This document shows positions 8,396 to 16,721 of a stretch of 64,000 nucleotides of DNA, piece by piece (position 1 is the first letter of the stretch; the number at the start of each line of letters is the position of its first letter). The stretch lies in assembly GCA_963660905.1 (NCBI GenBank), contig CAVKZJ010000003.1, forward strand, positions 42,160 through 106,159, in the 5' to 3' direction. The notes below the pieces were generated by a model, which worked only from the letters and a program-made list of their open reading frames with translations, did not search any database and was not told the DNA's origin. This DNA is from a bacterium (GTDB lineage Bacteria; Bacillota_I; Bacilli_A; RFN20; CAG-288). A program made the translations under genes and the position numbers.

Positions 8396-11300
8396 ATGAA
8401 AAAAACCAAAAAGAAGGCATTCTTCGCTGTTGCTGCACTGATGGGATTTGGACTTTTATCTGGTGAACTTGGTACGTCTGTTACAGGAAAAACTGGGCTG
8501 AAAGGGGCGAATGCAGCATCGACGGGCAAGAAATTCTATTCTGCCTATGCGTCGATGGAAGACGTTGGCGAAGCCGGAAACAAACTCACAAGAGAGATTG
8601 CCGGTGAAGGCATCGTCATGCTGAAGAACAAAGACAATGTTCTTCCGTTCACGAATGTGCACAATGTCACGGTCTTCGGCAAGAACTCGACTGCCACTTC
8701 AATCGGTGGAGGCGGTTCTGGTGCTTCGAAGGGATATTATCCTTCTGCCGGTATCTATGACACTCTTGAGGAAGCGGGATTCAATGTCAACCCTGCCCAG
8801 AAGGCATTCTATGAGGATGACACCCGTTCTGGCACTGCCCGTACATCAGGAGGTATGTTCTCTTCGGGTGGATTCACCATCGGTGAAACCCCAGTTTCGA
8901 GTTATGAGGATTCTGTCAAGGAGACATGGAACACCTATAATGATGCAGCCATCATCACCCTCGTCCGTTCTGGATCTGAAGGTGCCGATGAACCGGTGAC
9001 GGGCGTTGTCGATCATGTCGGTGACAATCCGGTCGATTCGGAAGGAAAGACGATTGATCATCATTATCTTGAACTCTCTGAAAATGAGAAAGACATGATC
9101 AAGATGGTCAAGGAATCCGGAAAGTTCAGCAAGATTGTTGTCGTTCTCAATGCGACGAACGTCATGGAACTTGGTGATTTGCAGGATGATGACATGATTG
9201 ATGCCATGTTGTGGACCGGTGGTGTCGGTGGAACGGGCTTCTATGCCATCGGCGATATTCTCACTGGAAAAGTCAATCCGTCCGGAAAGACGGTCGATGT
9301 CTATCCAAGAGATCTTCTGAAAGATCCGACCTCCCTCAACTTCGGAACCAACGCACAGAATCAGGAAGACAATGCTCAGAACTATTTCCTTTCCCCTGAT
9401 AAGACGGATGCGAATTATGAGTCGAAATACAAAGACGTCTGGTATAGCAAGGATAGAGAAGGCAACTATTCGACGACGGAAGTCGCCAATATCGCTGCAT
9501 ATACCAATTATGAGGAAGGTGTCTACCTTGGCTATAAGTATTATGAAACGATGTTCACCATCAAAGGCGGCGATTCGAGCGAGACAGCCAAGCAGTGGTA
9601 CAAGGAGAATGTCGTTTATCCATTCGGCTATGGCTTGAGCTTCACTAAGTTTGATGTCTCGAAGACGACGGAAGTCTCCTATAATGAAACCACTCATGAC
9701 ATGACGATGGGCGTGAAGGTGAAAAACACGGGTTCCGTTGCTGGCAAGAAGACTGTCCAGATCTATGTCGAAGCACCGTACTTCGAGGGTCAGATTGAAA
9801 AGCCATCCGCTGTCTTGGTCGCTTTTGCAAAGACAAAGATCCTTCAGCCGGGCGAGGAAGAAACACTCACATTGTCCTGGAAGGATACCGATGTTGCTTC
9901 CTATGACTACAACGATGCCAACAACAATGGCTTCAAGGGCTATGAATTGGATGCCGGACAATATAGTTTCAAGATTGCCGATGATTCCCATGATTACTTC
10001 GAAACGGTCACTTGGAATCTGGAAACAGGAAAGAAGTTGACAACTGACGGCTATACAGACAACAATGTCCATAACCTTTTCAGCGATTACATCGCGACGG
10101 ACAACACAACGGATACGACAACAAAGAATCCATATCGTTCCTTGCCGATGGAAGGCGATGGCCTTGTCGTCGAACAGCTTTCGAGAGCAAAGGGCAAGGA
10201 TTTGGCCAATATCAATAAGCCGAAAGCCCATGGAGATGCCGAAAGCACAGTCAAAGGCGATGCCTTAGCCATCATGTCTGGCATTGTCACCGGCGTGAGC
10301 ATGGAAGGAAATGACAACATCAATGGCTACATGCCAAGCAGCATGAAGAAGACCAAGGCGGATGTTGAGGCGGAATTCGGAACAGACTATACGCAAGGCG
10401 ATACGACTGTCACGGAAGATTTCTATTCGCTTGCCGGTGTCGATCCATCCACTGAGGAAGGAAAGAAACTCTACAACAAAGTCATCAACAAGATGAGTTG
10501 GGAAGACCTCTACAAGGCCTTGGATGATTGCGGATGGCATAATGCGGCCATCAAGTCCATCAACAAGCCGCAGACAACCGATGTCGATGGTCCTTCTGCC
10601 ATCTATAGAGTCGACTATCCTGTCGCCTGCACCTTGGCTGCCACCTTCAATATTGATCTGGCTACCAAATTTGGAACCCTCATCGGTGAAGAATCCTTAT
10701 GGGGTATCCGTCCAGGCTGGTATGGCCCTGCCATGGATACACATCGTTCGGCATTCAGCGGACGTAATTTCGAATATTATTCTGAGGATGGTCTCTTGGG
10801 CGGCATGATCGGCGCCTACTCCATCAAGGCTGCTCAGGCGAAAGGCTGCTATGCCTTCATGAAGCACATGGCTTTAAATGACTGCGAAACACAGCGTAAC
10901 GGCAACCATGCCTTCGTTTCTGAACAGGCCATGAGAGAAATTTACTTCAAGCCATTCCGTCTCTCTGTCGAAATCGGCGACTGCAAAGCCGTCATGGGTG
11001 GCATGAACTCTATCGGTTATATTGCCAACTACAACAACACAGCTGAAATGACGTATATGCTCCGTGATGAATGGGGATTCAACGGCTTCACCGAAACGGA
11101 TGCCGGATCCTTCAACTATGGAACCTCTCCATATTCCAATGGCTTCATGGCCAGAGTCGCCGGCATGGATACATTGCTCGGCTTTGGCGGAAGTCCGTCT
11201 GGATTGGGAACTTGGGATGCGACAAAGAAAGTTCCTGTCCAGGACGAAACTGAGTTATGGACTATCTACTATTACTATAGAAAGTCCATGATCAACCTTC

Positions 11301-12196
11301 TCTATGTCACTGCCAATTCTTCCATCACACAGAATGGAATCAGCTTCAGCAAGTGGGATGCTGAGAATGCCACATTCAATGCTCCAGCAGGAACAGCTTT
11401 CAATGAATCCTTGAGAGCCAGCGAAAGCGTCGGCACAACCGATGTCTGGTATGAAGTGACTGATGGAACCTTGCCAGAGGGCATCTCGCTTGACCGCTAT
11501 GGCAACTTCACTGGATCAAGCACAGCCAAGGGAAGCTATACCTTCACCGTCACGATGCATGCGGATGGATGGATCACGCATACGAAGCAGTACACATTGA
11601 ATGTCATCGACGCTTTCCAGATCGATAAGACAGAAATCACCGTCGGTGAAGACTTCGAAGCACAGATTTCCTCCGACTATGTCAAAGCAGAGGGAAGAAC
11701 GACCGTCACCTATATGGATCCGGAAGGAACCTTGCCGGAAGGCTTGACAATTTCCGCGGATGGAAAGATCACAGGAAAAGCCACGAAGAATGGAACCTAT
11801 GTCTTCAAACTCCATGTCATTCAGTTCACTCCTGGAAGCGGCTGGTACACTCCTGCAGTCACCAATGAATATGATCAGGAAATCGTCCTGACCGTCAAGG
11901 GCGGAACAGAAGAACATGTTGTCACTGCCGATGAGGCAAAAGAAGCTGCCGATGCTGCCAAGACTGCTGCTGATGCAGCAAAGACTGCTGCAGATGCAGC
12001 AAAGACGGCTGCTGACACTGCCAAGACAACAGCTGATGAAGCTAAGAAGACTGCCGATGAAGCCAAGACCGCTGCCGAAAGCAAGGCTGAAAATAAAGGC
12101 TGTGGCGGAAGCATCATCGCTGCCTCCTCTGCCTTGGGCGCAATGGCTCTCTTGGGAGTCGCTCTTGCCTTCAAGAAGAAGAGAGAAGAGAAGTAA
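8396..12196 (+). CDS. cell-surface glycoside hydrolase family 3 (domain-permuted) with signal peptide, two Ig-like (He_PIG-type) domains, an A-D-A-A-K-T repeat stalk and a C-terminal TM anchor
   Basis: 1266 aa. The GH3 C-terminal sandwich-like segment (VVVLNATNVMELG...WTGGVGG...GKVNPSGK) and the Fn3-like segment (YPFGYGLSFTKF...VKVKNTGSVAGK) come before the barrel segment. The barrel segment holds a KHMALND (KHF-type) motif and FTETDAGSF with the putative nucleophile Asp. LPEG..S.DG.ITG Ig-like repeats follow. The C-terminal hydrophobic helix is followed by KKKREEK. Confidence 0.85.
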   Translation: MKKTKKKAFFAVAALMGFGLLSGELGTSVTGKTGLKGANAASTGKKFYSAYASMEDVGEAGNKLTREIAGEGIVMLKNKDNVLPFTNVHNVTVFGKNSTATSIGGGGSGASKGYYPSAGIYDTLEEAGFNVNPAQKAFYEDDTRSGTARTSGGMFSSGGFTIGETPVSSYEDSVKETWNTYNDAAIITLVRSGSEGADEPVTGVVDHVGDNPVDSEGKTIDHHYLELSENEKDMIKMVKESGKFSKIVVVLNATNVMELGDLQDDDMIDAMLWTGGVGGTGFYAIGDILTGKVNPSGKTVDVYPRDLLKDPTSLNFGTNAQNQEDNAQNYFLSPDKTDANYESKYKDVWYSKDREGNYSTTEVANIAAYTNYEEGVYLGYKYYETMFTIKGGDSSETAKQWYKENVVYPFGYGLSFTKFDVSKTTEVSYNETTHDMTMGVKVKNTGSVAGKKTVQIYVEAPYFEGQIEKPSAVLVAFAKTKILQPGEEETLTLSWKDTDVASYDYNDANNNGFKGYELDAGQYSFKIADDSHDYFETVTWNLETGKKLTTDGYTDNNVHNLFSDYIATDNTTDTTTKNPYRSLPMEGDGLVVEQLSRAKGKDLANINKPKAHGDAESTVKGDALAIMSGIVTGVSMEGNDNINGYMPSSMKKTKADVEAEFGTDYTQGDTTVTEDFYSLAGVDPSTEEGKKLYNKVINKMSWEDLYKALDDCGWHNAAIKSINKPQTTDVDGPSAIYRVDYPVACTLAATFNIDLATKFGTLIGEESLWGIRPGWYGPAMDTHRSAFSGRNFEYYSEDGLLGGMIGAYSIKAAQAKGCYAFMKHMALNDCETQRNGNHAFVSEQAMREIYFKPFRLSVEIGDCKAVMGGMNSIGYIANYNNTAEMTYMLRDEWGFNGFTETDAGSFNYGTSPYSNGFMARVAGMDTLLGFGGSPSGLGTWDATKKVPVQDETELWTIYYYYRKSMINLLYVTANSSITQNGISFSKWDAENATFNAPAGTAFNESLRASESVGTTDVWYEVTDGTLPEGISLDRYGNFTGSSTAKGSYTFTVTMHADGWITHTKQYTLNVIDAFQIDKTEITVGEDFEAQISSDYVKAEGRTTVTYMDPEGTLPEGLTISADGKITGKATKNGTYVFKLHVIQFTPGSGWYTPAVTNEYDQEIVLTVKGGTEEHVVTADEAKEAADAAKTAADAAKTAADAAKTAADTAKTTADEAKKTADEAKTAAESKAENKGCGGSIIAASSALGAMALLGVALAFKKKREEK
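11923..12083 (+). repeat. imperfect 21-bp (7-aa A-A-D-A-A-K-T) tandem repeats, about 7 units, within the GH3 gene
   Basis: gctgc(c/t)gatgc(t/a)gc(c/a)aagac(t/g) units visible in the DNA; protein reads AADAAKTAADAAKTAADAAKTAADTAKTTADEAKKTADEAKTAAE. Confidence 0.75.
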
Positions 12197-12220
12197 TATT
12201 TGATACGCTTTCAAAAAGGA

Positions 12221-12250
12221 CACCCGATTGAAAAATCGGGTGTCTTCTCT
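12221..12250 (+). terminator. rho-independent terminator after GH3 gene 1
   Basis: GACACCCGATT-gaaaa-ATCGGGTGTC hairpin followed by TTCTCT. Confidence 0.5.
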
Positions 12251-12370
12251 ATATATTCATCACTTACGCTCTAAAAATTCAAAGTTAAGGGATTTGCTTT
12301 CTATCCATGATTTTTTTACTAAAATCAAAGTAAACGCATACATCTTTCTAAAGAAAGGAGATTATTATCT

Positions 12371-13135
12371 ATGAAAAAGAATTTGTTGCCTTTGTTGCTA
12401 TTGCCTTTGCTTGTCTCTTGCGGTGAGACATCCAACAACTCGAATACGAGTTCCACCAAGCCGGCTGATACTGCCGATACAGCCAAGACCACAGAGAATC
12501 AGAATACGACACCTGCTGCCTCCGATACGGCAGCAGACTCGACGGCTGCTCCAACAAGCACGTCCACCGAAGAACCGGGCACCCTTGTCGTGGAAGCAGA
12601 GTTCTCTCCCGATATCGAATGGGCCGAGGATTATCCTGGCTTTTCCGGATCACAGAGCGGAGAACATATCATCGTTCCGGATACAACCGGCGCATTCCAG
12701 GCTTCGAACGGCTACTATGTTTCCTATTTGTATAAGTATGGTGCCTCAATCGGATTTACCATCACAGCCAGCAAGGCCTGCACTGCAAAGCTGACCTGGA
12801 GAATCTCGGGCGAATTCTTCAACAATCAGACCTATACGATGGCAAACAACCAGATTACCATCAATGAGGCACCGGTTGTCTATGCTCAGATTTCGTTTAC
12901 GGACATTCCTTCTCAGACAGAAAAGAAGAGCAAGCCTTTCACGGACAAAGTCTTAGGCACAATCAATTTGGTTGAAGGTGAAAACCACCTTGTCTACACA
13001 ACCACGAACAATAATCGTTTAGGTGGAACAATGTCGGCCACGGCTCCGATTATCGACTGCTTCAAATTGACTGATTTCGGAGATGCTGAATTGGAATTCT
13101 CCGATAAGAAGACGGATTACGACGCTTTCGCATGA
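12371..13135 (+). CDS. lipoprotein with putative carbohydrate-binding (CBM6/35-like) beta-sandwich domain
   Basis: Lipobox LLVSC; Ser/Thr/Ala-rich linker; the globular domain opens with VVEAEF, which resembles CBM6/CBM35 starts. The CBM assignment is an inference. Confidence 0.6.
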   Translation: MKKNLLPLLLLPLLVSCGETSNNSNTSSTKPADTADTAKTTENQNTTPAASDTAADSTAAPTSTSTEEPGTLVVEAEFSPDIEWAEDYPGFSGSQSGEHIIVPDTTGAFQASNGYYVSYLYKYGASIGFTITASKACTAKLTWRISGEFFNNQTYTMANNQITINEAPVVYAQISFTDIPSQTEKKSKPFTDKVLGTINLVEGENHLVYTTTNNNRLGGTMSATAPIIDCFKLTDFGDAELEFSDKKTDYDAFA

Positions 13136-13151
13136 ACGGATGAAAAAACTT

Positions 13152-13182
13152 TGGCCTGCGGGTCAAAGCTTTTTTTATGCCG
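13152..13182 (+). terminator. rho-independent terminator after lipoprotein gene
   Basis: CTTTGGCC-tgcg-GGTCAAAG hairpin (one G-U pair) followed by CTTTTTTT. Confidence 0.5.
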
Positions 13183-13321
13183 AAAAATCCATTGACAACT
13201 TACGCTAGGAAAAAAGAAGTATAAGATAAAAAAATGAAAATGTAAGGGGTTTACCATAGAATATTACCAATCAACTTCTTTTCAATTGGGGAATGAAAAG
13301 CAGGCTGATCAGGGAGGAAAT

Positions 13322-16252
13322 ATGGATAATCAAAATCAAAAAAAACGTAATCCTTTTGCTGTCATTTTCCGACATGTCGGAAGCCGTGTTTGGTTTATCG
13401 TGACAGCTGTTGTCGCTGTTCTTCTGATTGTTGTGACGCCTCTTGCTTTGAGCAGGCAGGTGTTGGGTGGCGTTTTGGATCGACTCTTCGGCGGCGATCG
13501 TGCCATCGCGAAATCAGGTTCGACGGTCACGACGGCCTTTGAACTCGACGAAGATGTCAAGGAAGGGGATAAGGCAAGTGCCCAGGAACATGGAAACAAA
13601 GTCAACAATGAACTTTGTGAAGAGGGCATGGTTCTTTTGAAAAATAAGAATAATGCTCTTCCAGCCAAGACAGACTCCACAAAGAAAATTTCTGTCTTCG
13701 GACGCAATTCCATCAATATGGCAATTGCTGGATCCGGTTCGGCTGGCAATTCGACGGATAGCAAGACGAAAGATATTTATGATTCCTTGACGGATGCTGG
13801 CTATGAAGTCAACCCGACGTTGAAGGACTTCTATAAGAATGATAAGACGGAACGTTCTTCCAATCCGGGTATGGATTCCGGAGGCTCGGCGACATTGAAC
13901 GTCGGTGAGACACCGATTGCGAATTATACGGATTCGGTCAAGTCCACGTTCACTTCCTATTCTGATATGGCAATCATCTTCCTCACCCGTATCGGTGGCG
14001 AAGGATTCGATCTTCCAAGAGCCCAGCCGGGTGACTCATCCAAGACTTTCCTTGATCTCGACAAGGATGAGGAAGCCATGATCAACATGGTCACTTCAGC
14101 AGGATTCAAGAAAGTCGTTGTCTTGGTCAATGCGGCCAACCAGCTCAACTGCACAGCCTTAGAGGAAAATGATAAGATCGATGGTATTTTATGGATTGGT
14201 TTCCCAGGGGCCCAGGGAACCATGGCTGTCGGAAAGATTCTCAATGGCAGTGTGAACCCATCTGGACATCTCACCGACACGTATGTCAAGGACTTCAAGT
14301 CGATTCCTTCGTATTACAACTTCGGTGACAATTCCCAGTGTGAAGGCATCGGAGACTATGGCGATTCGTTCCTGATCAATTCGGGCGGAAAACTTAGAAA
14401 TTCTCTTTATTATTTCACCAACTATGAAGAAGGTGTCTATATCGGCTATCGCTATTATGAGACCAGAGGCGAAAACAATGAGAATTGGTATACGCAGAAT
14501 GTTCTCTATCCTTTCGGATATGGTCTCAGTTATTCGACATTCGAATGGACGATTACCAATGAAAGTTCTCTCAATGGCAAGGAATTGACTAAAGATCCAT
14601 TTGATGTCAAGGTGAAAGTCACCAACACATCCGATGTCGCTGGCAAGGATGTCGTTCAGATCTATATGGGCGGAACCTATTATGCCGGTGGAATCGAAAA
14701 ATCTTCCAAGGTACTTGTCGGCTTTGCCAAGACAGGACTTCTTGAGCCTGGCAAGTCAGAGGAACTCACCATCAACATCGATCCATATTATCTTGCCAAC
14801 TATGACTACAATGATGCAAATAAGAATGATTTCAAGGGCTATGAACTCGATAAGGGTGCCTATTCCTTGTATGTCGCCTCGACAGCTCATGATTCCTCAA
14901 GAAAGATTTCGATGAATTGTGAAAATGGACTGAAGTTCGAAAATGACAATGTCACTGGAACGAAAGTCGAAAATCATTTTGATGGATCAGATTCGAATTG
15001 TCAGTCGACGCTGTCGAGAAATGATTGGGAAGGAACATTCCCCGCTCCCTCGACGCAGGAAGAAAGAACCATCGATACGAAGTTCCGCGATCTTCTTAAG
15101 AACAACAATACCTCCGTGGATGATGCCAACCCTTATGTCAATGGAACCAAGACGGCGGAAATGCCGACCTATGGTGCCGATAATGGCATGAAGCTCATCG
15201 ACTTGCAGGGCAAGGATTTCGATGATCCGTTGTGGGACAAGCTTCTTGATCAGACGACCTATGATGAACAGCTGACCATGTATCTTGACGCTGGCTTCCA
15301 TACCGAAAAGATGGATTCCATCACGAAGCCTACCACCATCGATGCCGATGGCCCGGTTGGATTGACCGCATTCATGGGAGACCCGACCATCAACAATACC
15401 GTCATGTATTGCTGTGAAGTCATCACGGCCTCGACATGGAATGTCGACCTCCTTGAGAAATTAGGTGAATCGGTCGGCAATGAAGGTCTTGTTGGTCAGA
15501 ATGGTGTTCCGTATACCGGCTGGTATGCGCCTGCCATGAATCTCCACCGCAATCCATTCGGTGGAAGATGCTGTGAATATTTCTCTGAAGATCCATTCCT
15601 TTCCGGCATGATGGGTGCCTATGAAGTCAAGGGTGCCAACAAGAAGGGCATGACAACCTACTTGAAGCATTTTGTCGGAAATGAAGGCGAAACACACCGC
15701 GACGCCAATGGCGACTGCACGTTCGTCAATGAGCAGGCTCTTCGTGAACTCTATCTCAGACCATTCGAGATCACTGTCAAAGTCGGAAAGAGCCGTGGCA
15801 TCATGACCTCCTTCAACCGTATCGGAACCCGTTGGTCTGGTGCGACCTATAGTCTGACCACAACCATTCTGAGAGAAGAATGGGGATTCCACGGCGCTGT
15901 CATCACCGACTTCAATACACATCACAACAAAGGTGACTACATGCAGGTCAAGCCGGCTCTCTATGCCGGTGGAACGCTCGACCTCTGCTCACAGACGGCC
16001 GATAGTTCTCTCTTCGATTCGAAGAATGCGACGGATTGTCTGATGCTCAGAAATGCGACACATGAGACACTCTATGCTGTCTGCAATTCGAACATCCTTG
16101 GCGTTGAAATCGATCATTATGCGATGGCCTATTGGAAGATCGTTCTCATGATCGTCGATATCGCTGTTCCGGTCGGATTGGTCACTTGGGGATTCTTTGC
16201 AATCCGCAAGGCCTATAAGGACGAAAAGACGAAAGCAGCAGAAGAGAAGTAA
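13322..16252 (+). CDS. membrane-anchored glycoside hydrolase family 3 (domain-permuted) paralog 2, N-terminal and C-terminal TM helices
   Basis: Start chosen at MDNQNQ because of the AGGGAGGA RBS; N-terminal signal-anchor VWFIVTAVVAVLLIVV; motifs YPFGYGLSYSTF, KHFVGNEGETHRD and AVITDFNT; C-terminal TM helix followed by a basic tail. Confidence 0.85.
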   Translation: MDNQNQKKRNPFAVIFRHVGSRVWFIVTAVVAVLLIVVTPLALSRQVLGGVLDRLFGGDRAIAKSGSTVTTAFELDEDVKEGDKASAQEHGNKVNNELCEEGMVLLKNKNNALPAKTDSTKKISVFGRNSINMAIAGSGSAGNSTDSKTKDIYDSLTDAGYEVNPTLKDFYKNDKTERSSNPGMDSGGSATLNVGETPIANYTDSVKSTFTSYSDMAIIFLTRIGGEGFDLPRAQPGDSSKTFLDLDKDEEAMINMVTSAGFKKVVVLVNAANQLNCTALEENDKIDGILWIGFPGAQGTMAVGKILNGSVNPSGHLTDTYVKDFKSIPSYYNFGDNSQCEGIGDYGDSFLINSGGKLRNSLYYFTNYEEGVYIGYRYYETRGENNENWYTQNVLYPFGYGLSYSTFEWTITNESSLNGKELTKDPFDVKVKVTNTSDVAGKDVVQIYMGGTYYAGGIEKSSKVLVGFAKTGLLEPGKSEELTINIDPYYLANYDYNDANKNDFKGYELDKGAYSLYVASTAHDSSRKISMNCENGLKFENDNVTGTKVENHFDGSDSNCQSTLSRNDWEGTFPAPSTQEERTIDTKFRDLLKNNNTSVDDANPYVNGTKTAEMPTYGADNGMKLIDLQGKDFDDPLWDKLLDQTTYDEQLTMYLDAGFHTEKMDSITKPTTIDADGPVGLTAFMGDPTINNTVMYCCEVITASTWNVDLLEKLGESVGNEGLVGQNGVPYTGWYAPAMNLHRNPFGGRCCEYFSEDPFLSGMMGAYEVKGANKKGMTTYLKHFVGNEGETHRDANGDCTFVNEQALRELYLRPFEITVKVGKSRGIMTSFNRIGTRWSGATYSLTTTILREEWGFHGAVITDFNTHHNKGDYMQVKPALYAGGTLDLCSQTADSSLFDSKNATDCLMLRNATHETLYAVCNSNILGVEIDHYAMAYWKIVLMIVDIAVPVGLVTWGFFAIRKAYKDEKTKAAEEK

Positions 16253-16274
16253 AAAGACGATAACTTATCTATAG

Positions 16275-16305
16275 GGCTAAGGAGAGGCTTCCTTAGCCCT
16301 TTCTT
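16275..16305 (+). terminator. hairpin terminator after GH3 paralog 2
   Basis: AGGGCTAAGG-agaggcttc-CTTAGCCCT hairpin followed by TTCTT; the T-run is weak. Confidence 0.4.
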
Positions 16306-16310
16306 AAAGA

Positions 16311-16721
16311 ATGATGCTCAAGAAAATCAGATCTCATCCAATCAGCAGCCTCTTTCTCTTCTTCTCCTGGATTCTCTCTTTTTTATCGATTCTTTTTCTC
16401 TTTCTTTTTATTCCTCTGGAATGGAAAGGAATGCTTTGTGTTTGCTTTCTCTTTCTTTTTCTTGGAATCAGCATTTCTTCCTTCTTCGTGAAGGAGAATC
16501 TATCCTTCCTTCTTTCTCTTTTCTGTCCTGTTCTTCTTTCCATTTCTCTTGGCCTTCTTGTGTATTGCACGGTGTATGACTTTGTCGATTTCTTCCAAGG
16601 CATTGCGATGTTTGGAAATCCTGCTCTTGCACCATTTGATTTTGCAATCCTTCTTTTTCTTCTTCTTTCCTTAATCAGTTTCTTTCTCTTTTTCTTTCTG
16701 GATTGTCATCATGAAAAATAA
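16311..16721 (+). CDS. small highly hydrophobic Phe/Leu-rich protein (about 4 predicted TM segments), possibly translationally coupled to GH3 paralog 3
   Basis: 136-aa ORF in a CT-rich, low-complexity region; its stop overlaps the ATG of the downstream gene by 11 nt, and that gene has no RBS of its own; it could instead be a non-coding leader. Confidence 0.35.
   Translation: MMLKKIRSHPISSLFLFFSWILSFLSILFLFLFIPLEWKGMLCVCFLFLFLGISISSFFVKENLSFLLSLFCPVLLSISLGLLVYCTVYDFVDFFQGIAMFGNPALAPFDFAILLFLLLSLISFFLFFFLDCHHEK

Noticed and set aside
8846-10231. 461-aa minus-strand ORF inside GH3 gene 1, and many other 60-250-aa antisense ORFs within large genes (for example 11516-12223, 15461-15925, 35326-35835, 38161-39036)
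   Set aside because: Antisense to strongly supported long CDSs, low-complexity or Arg/Ser/His-rich translations typical of wrong-strand reading; no RBS or domain signal
13286-13321. Upstream ATG (MGNEKQADQGGN) for GH3 paralog 2
   Set aside because: The downstream ATG at 13322 is preceded by AGGGAGGA at ideal spacing; the upstream codon has no RBS
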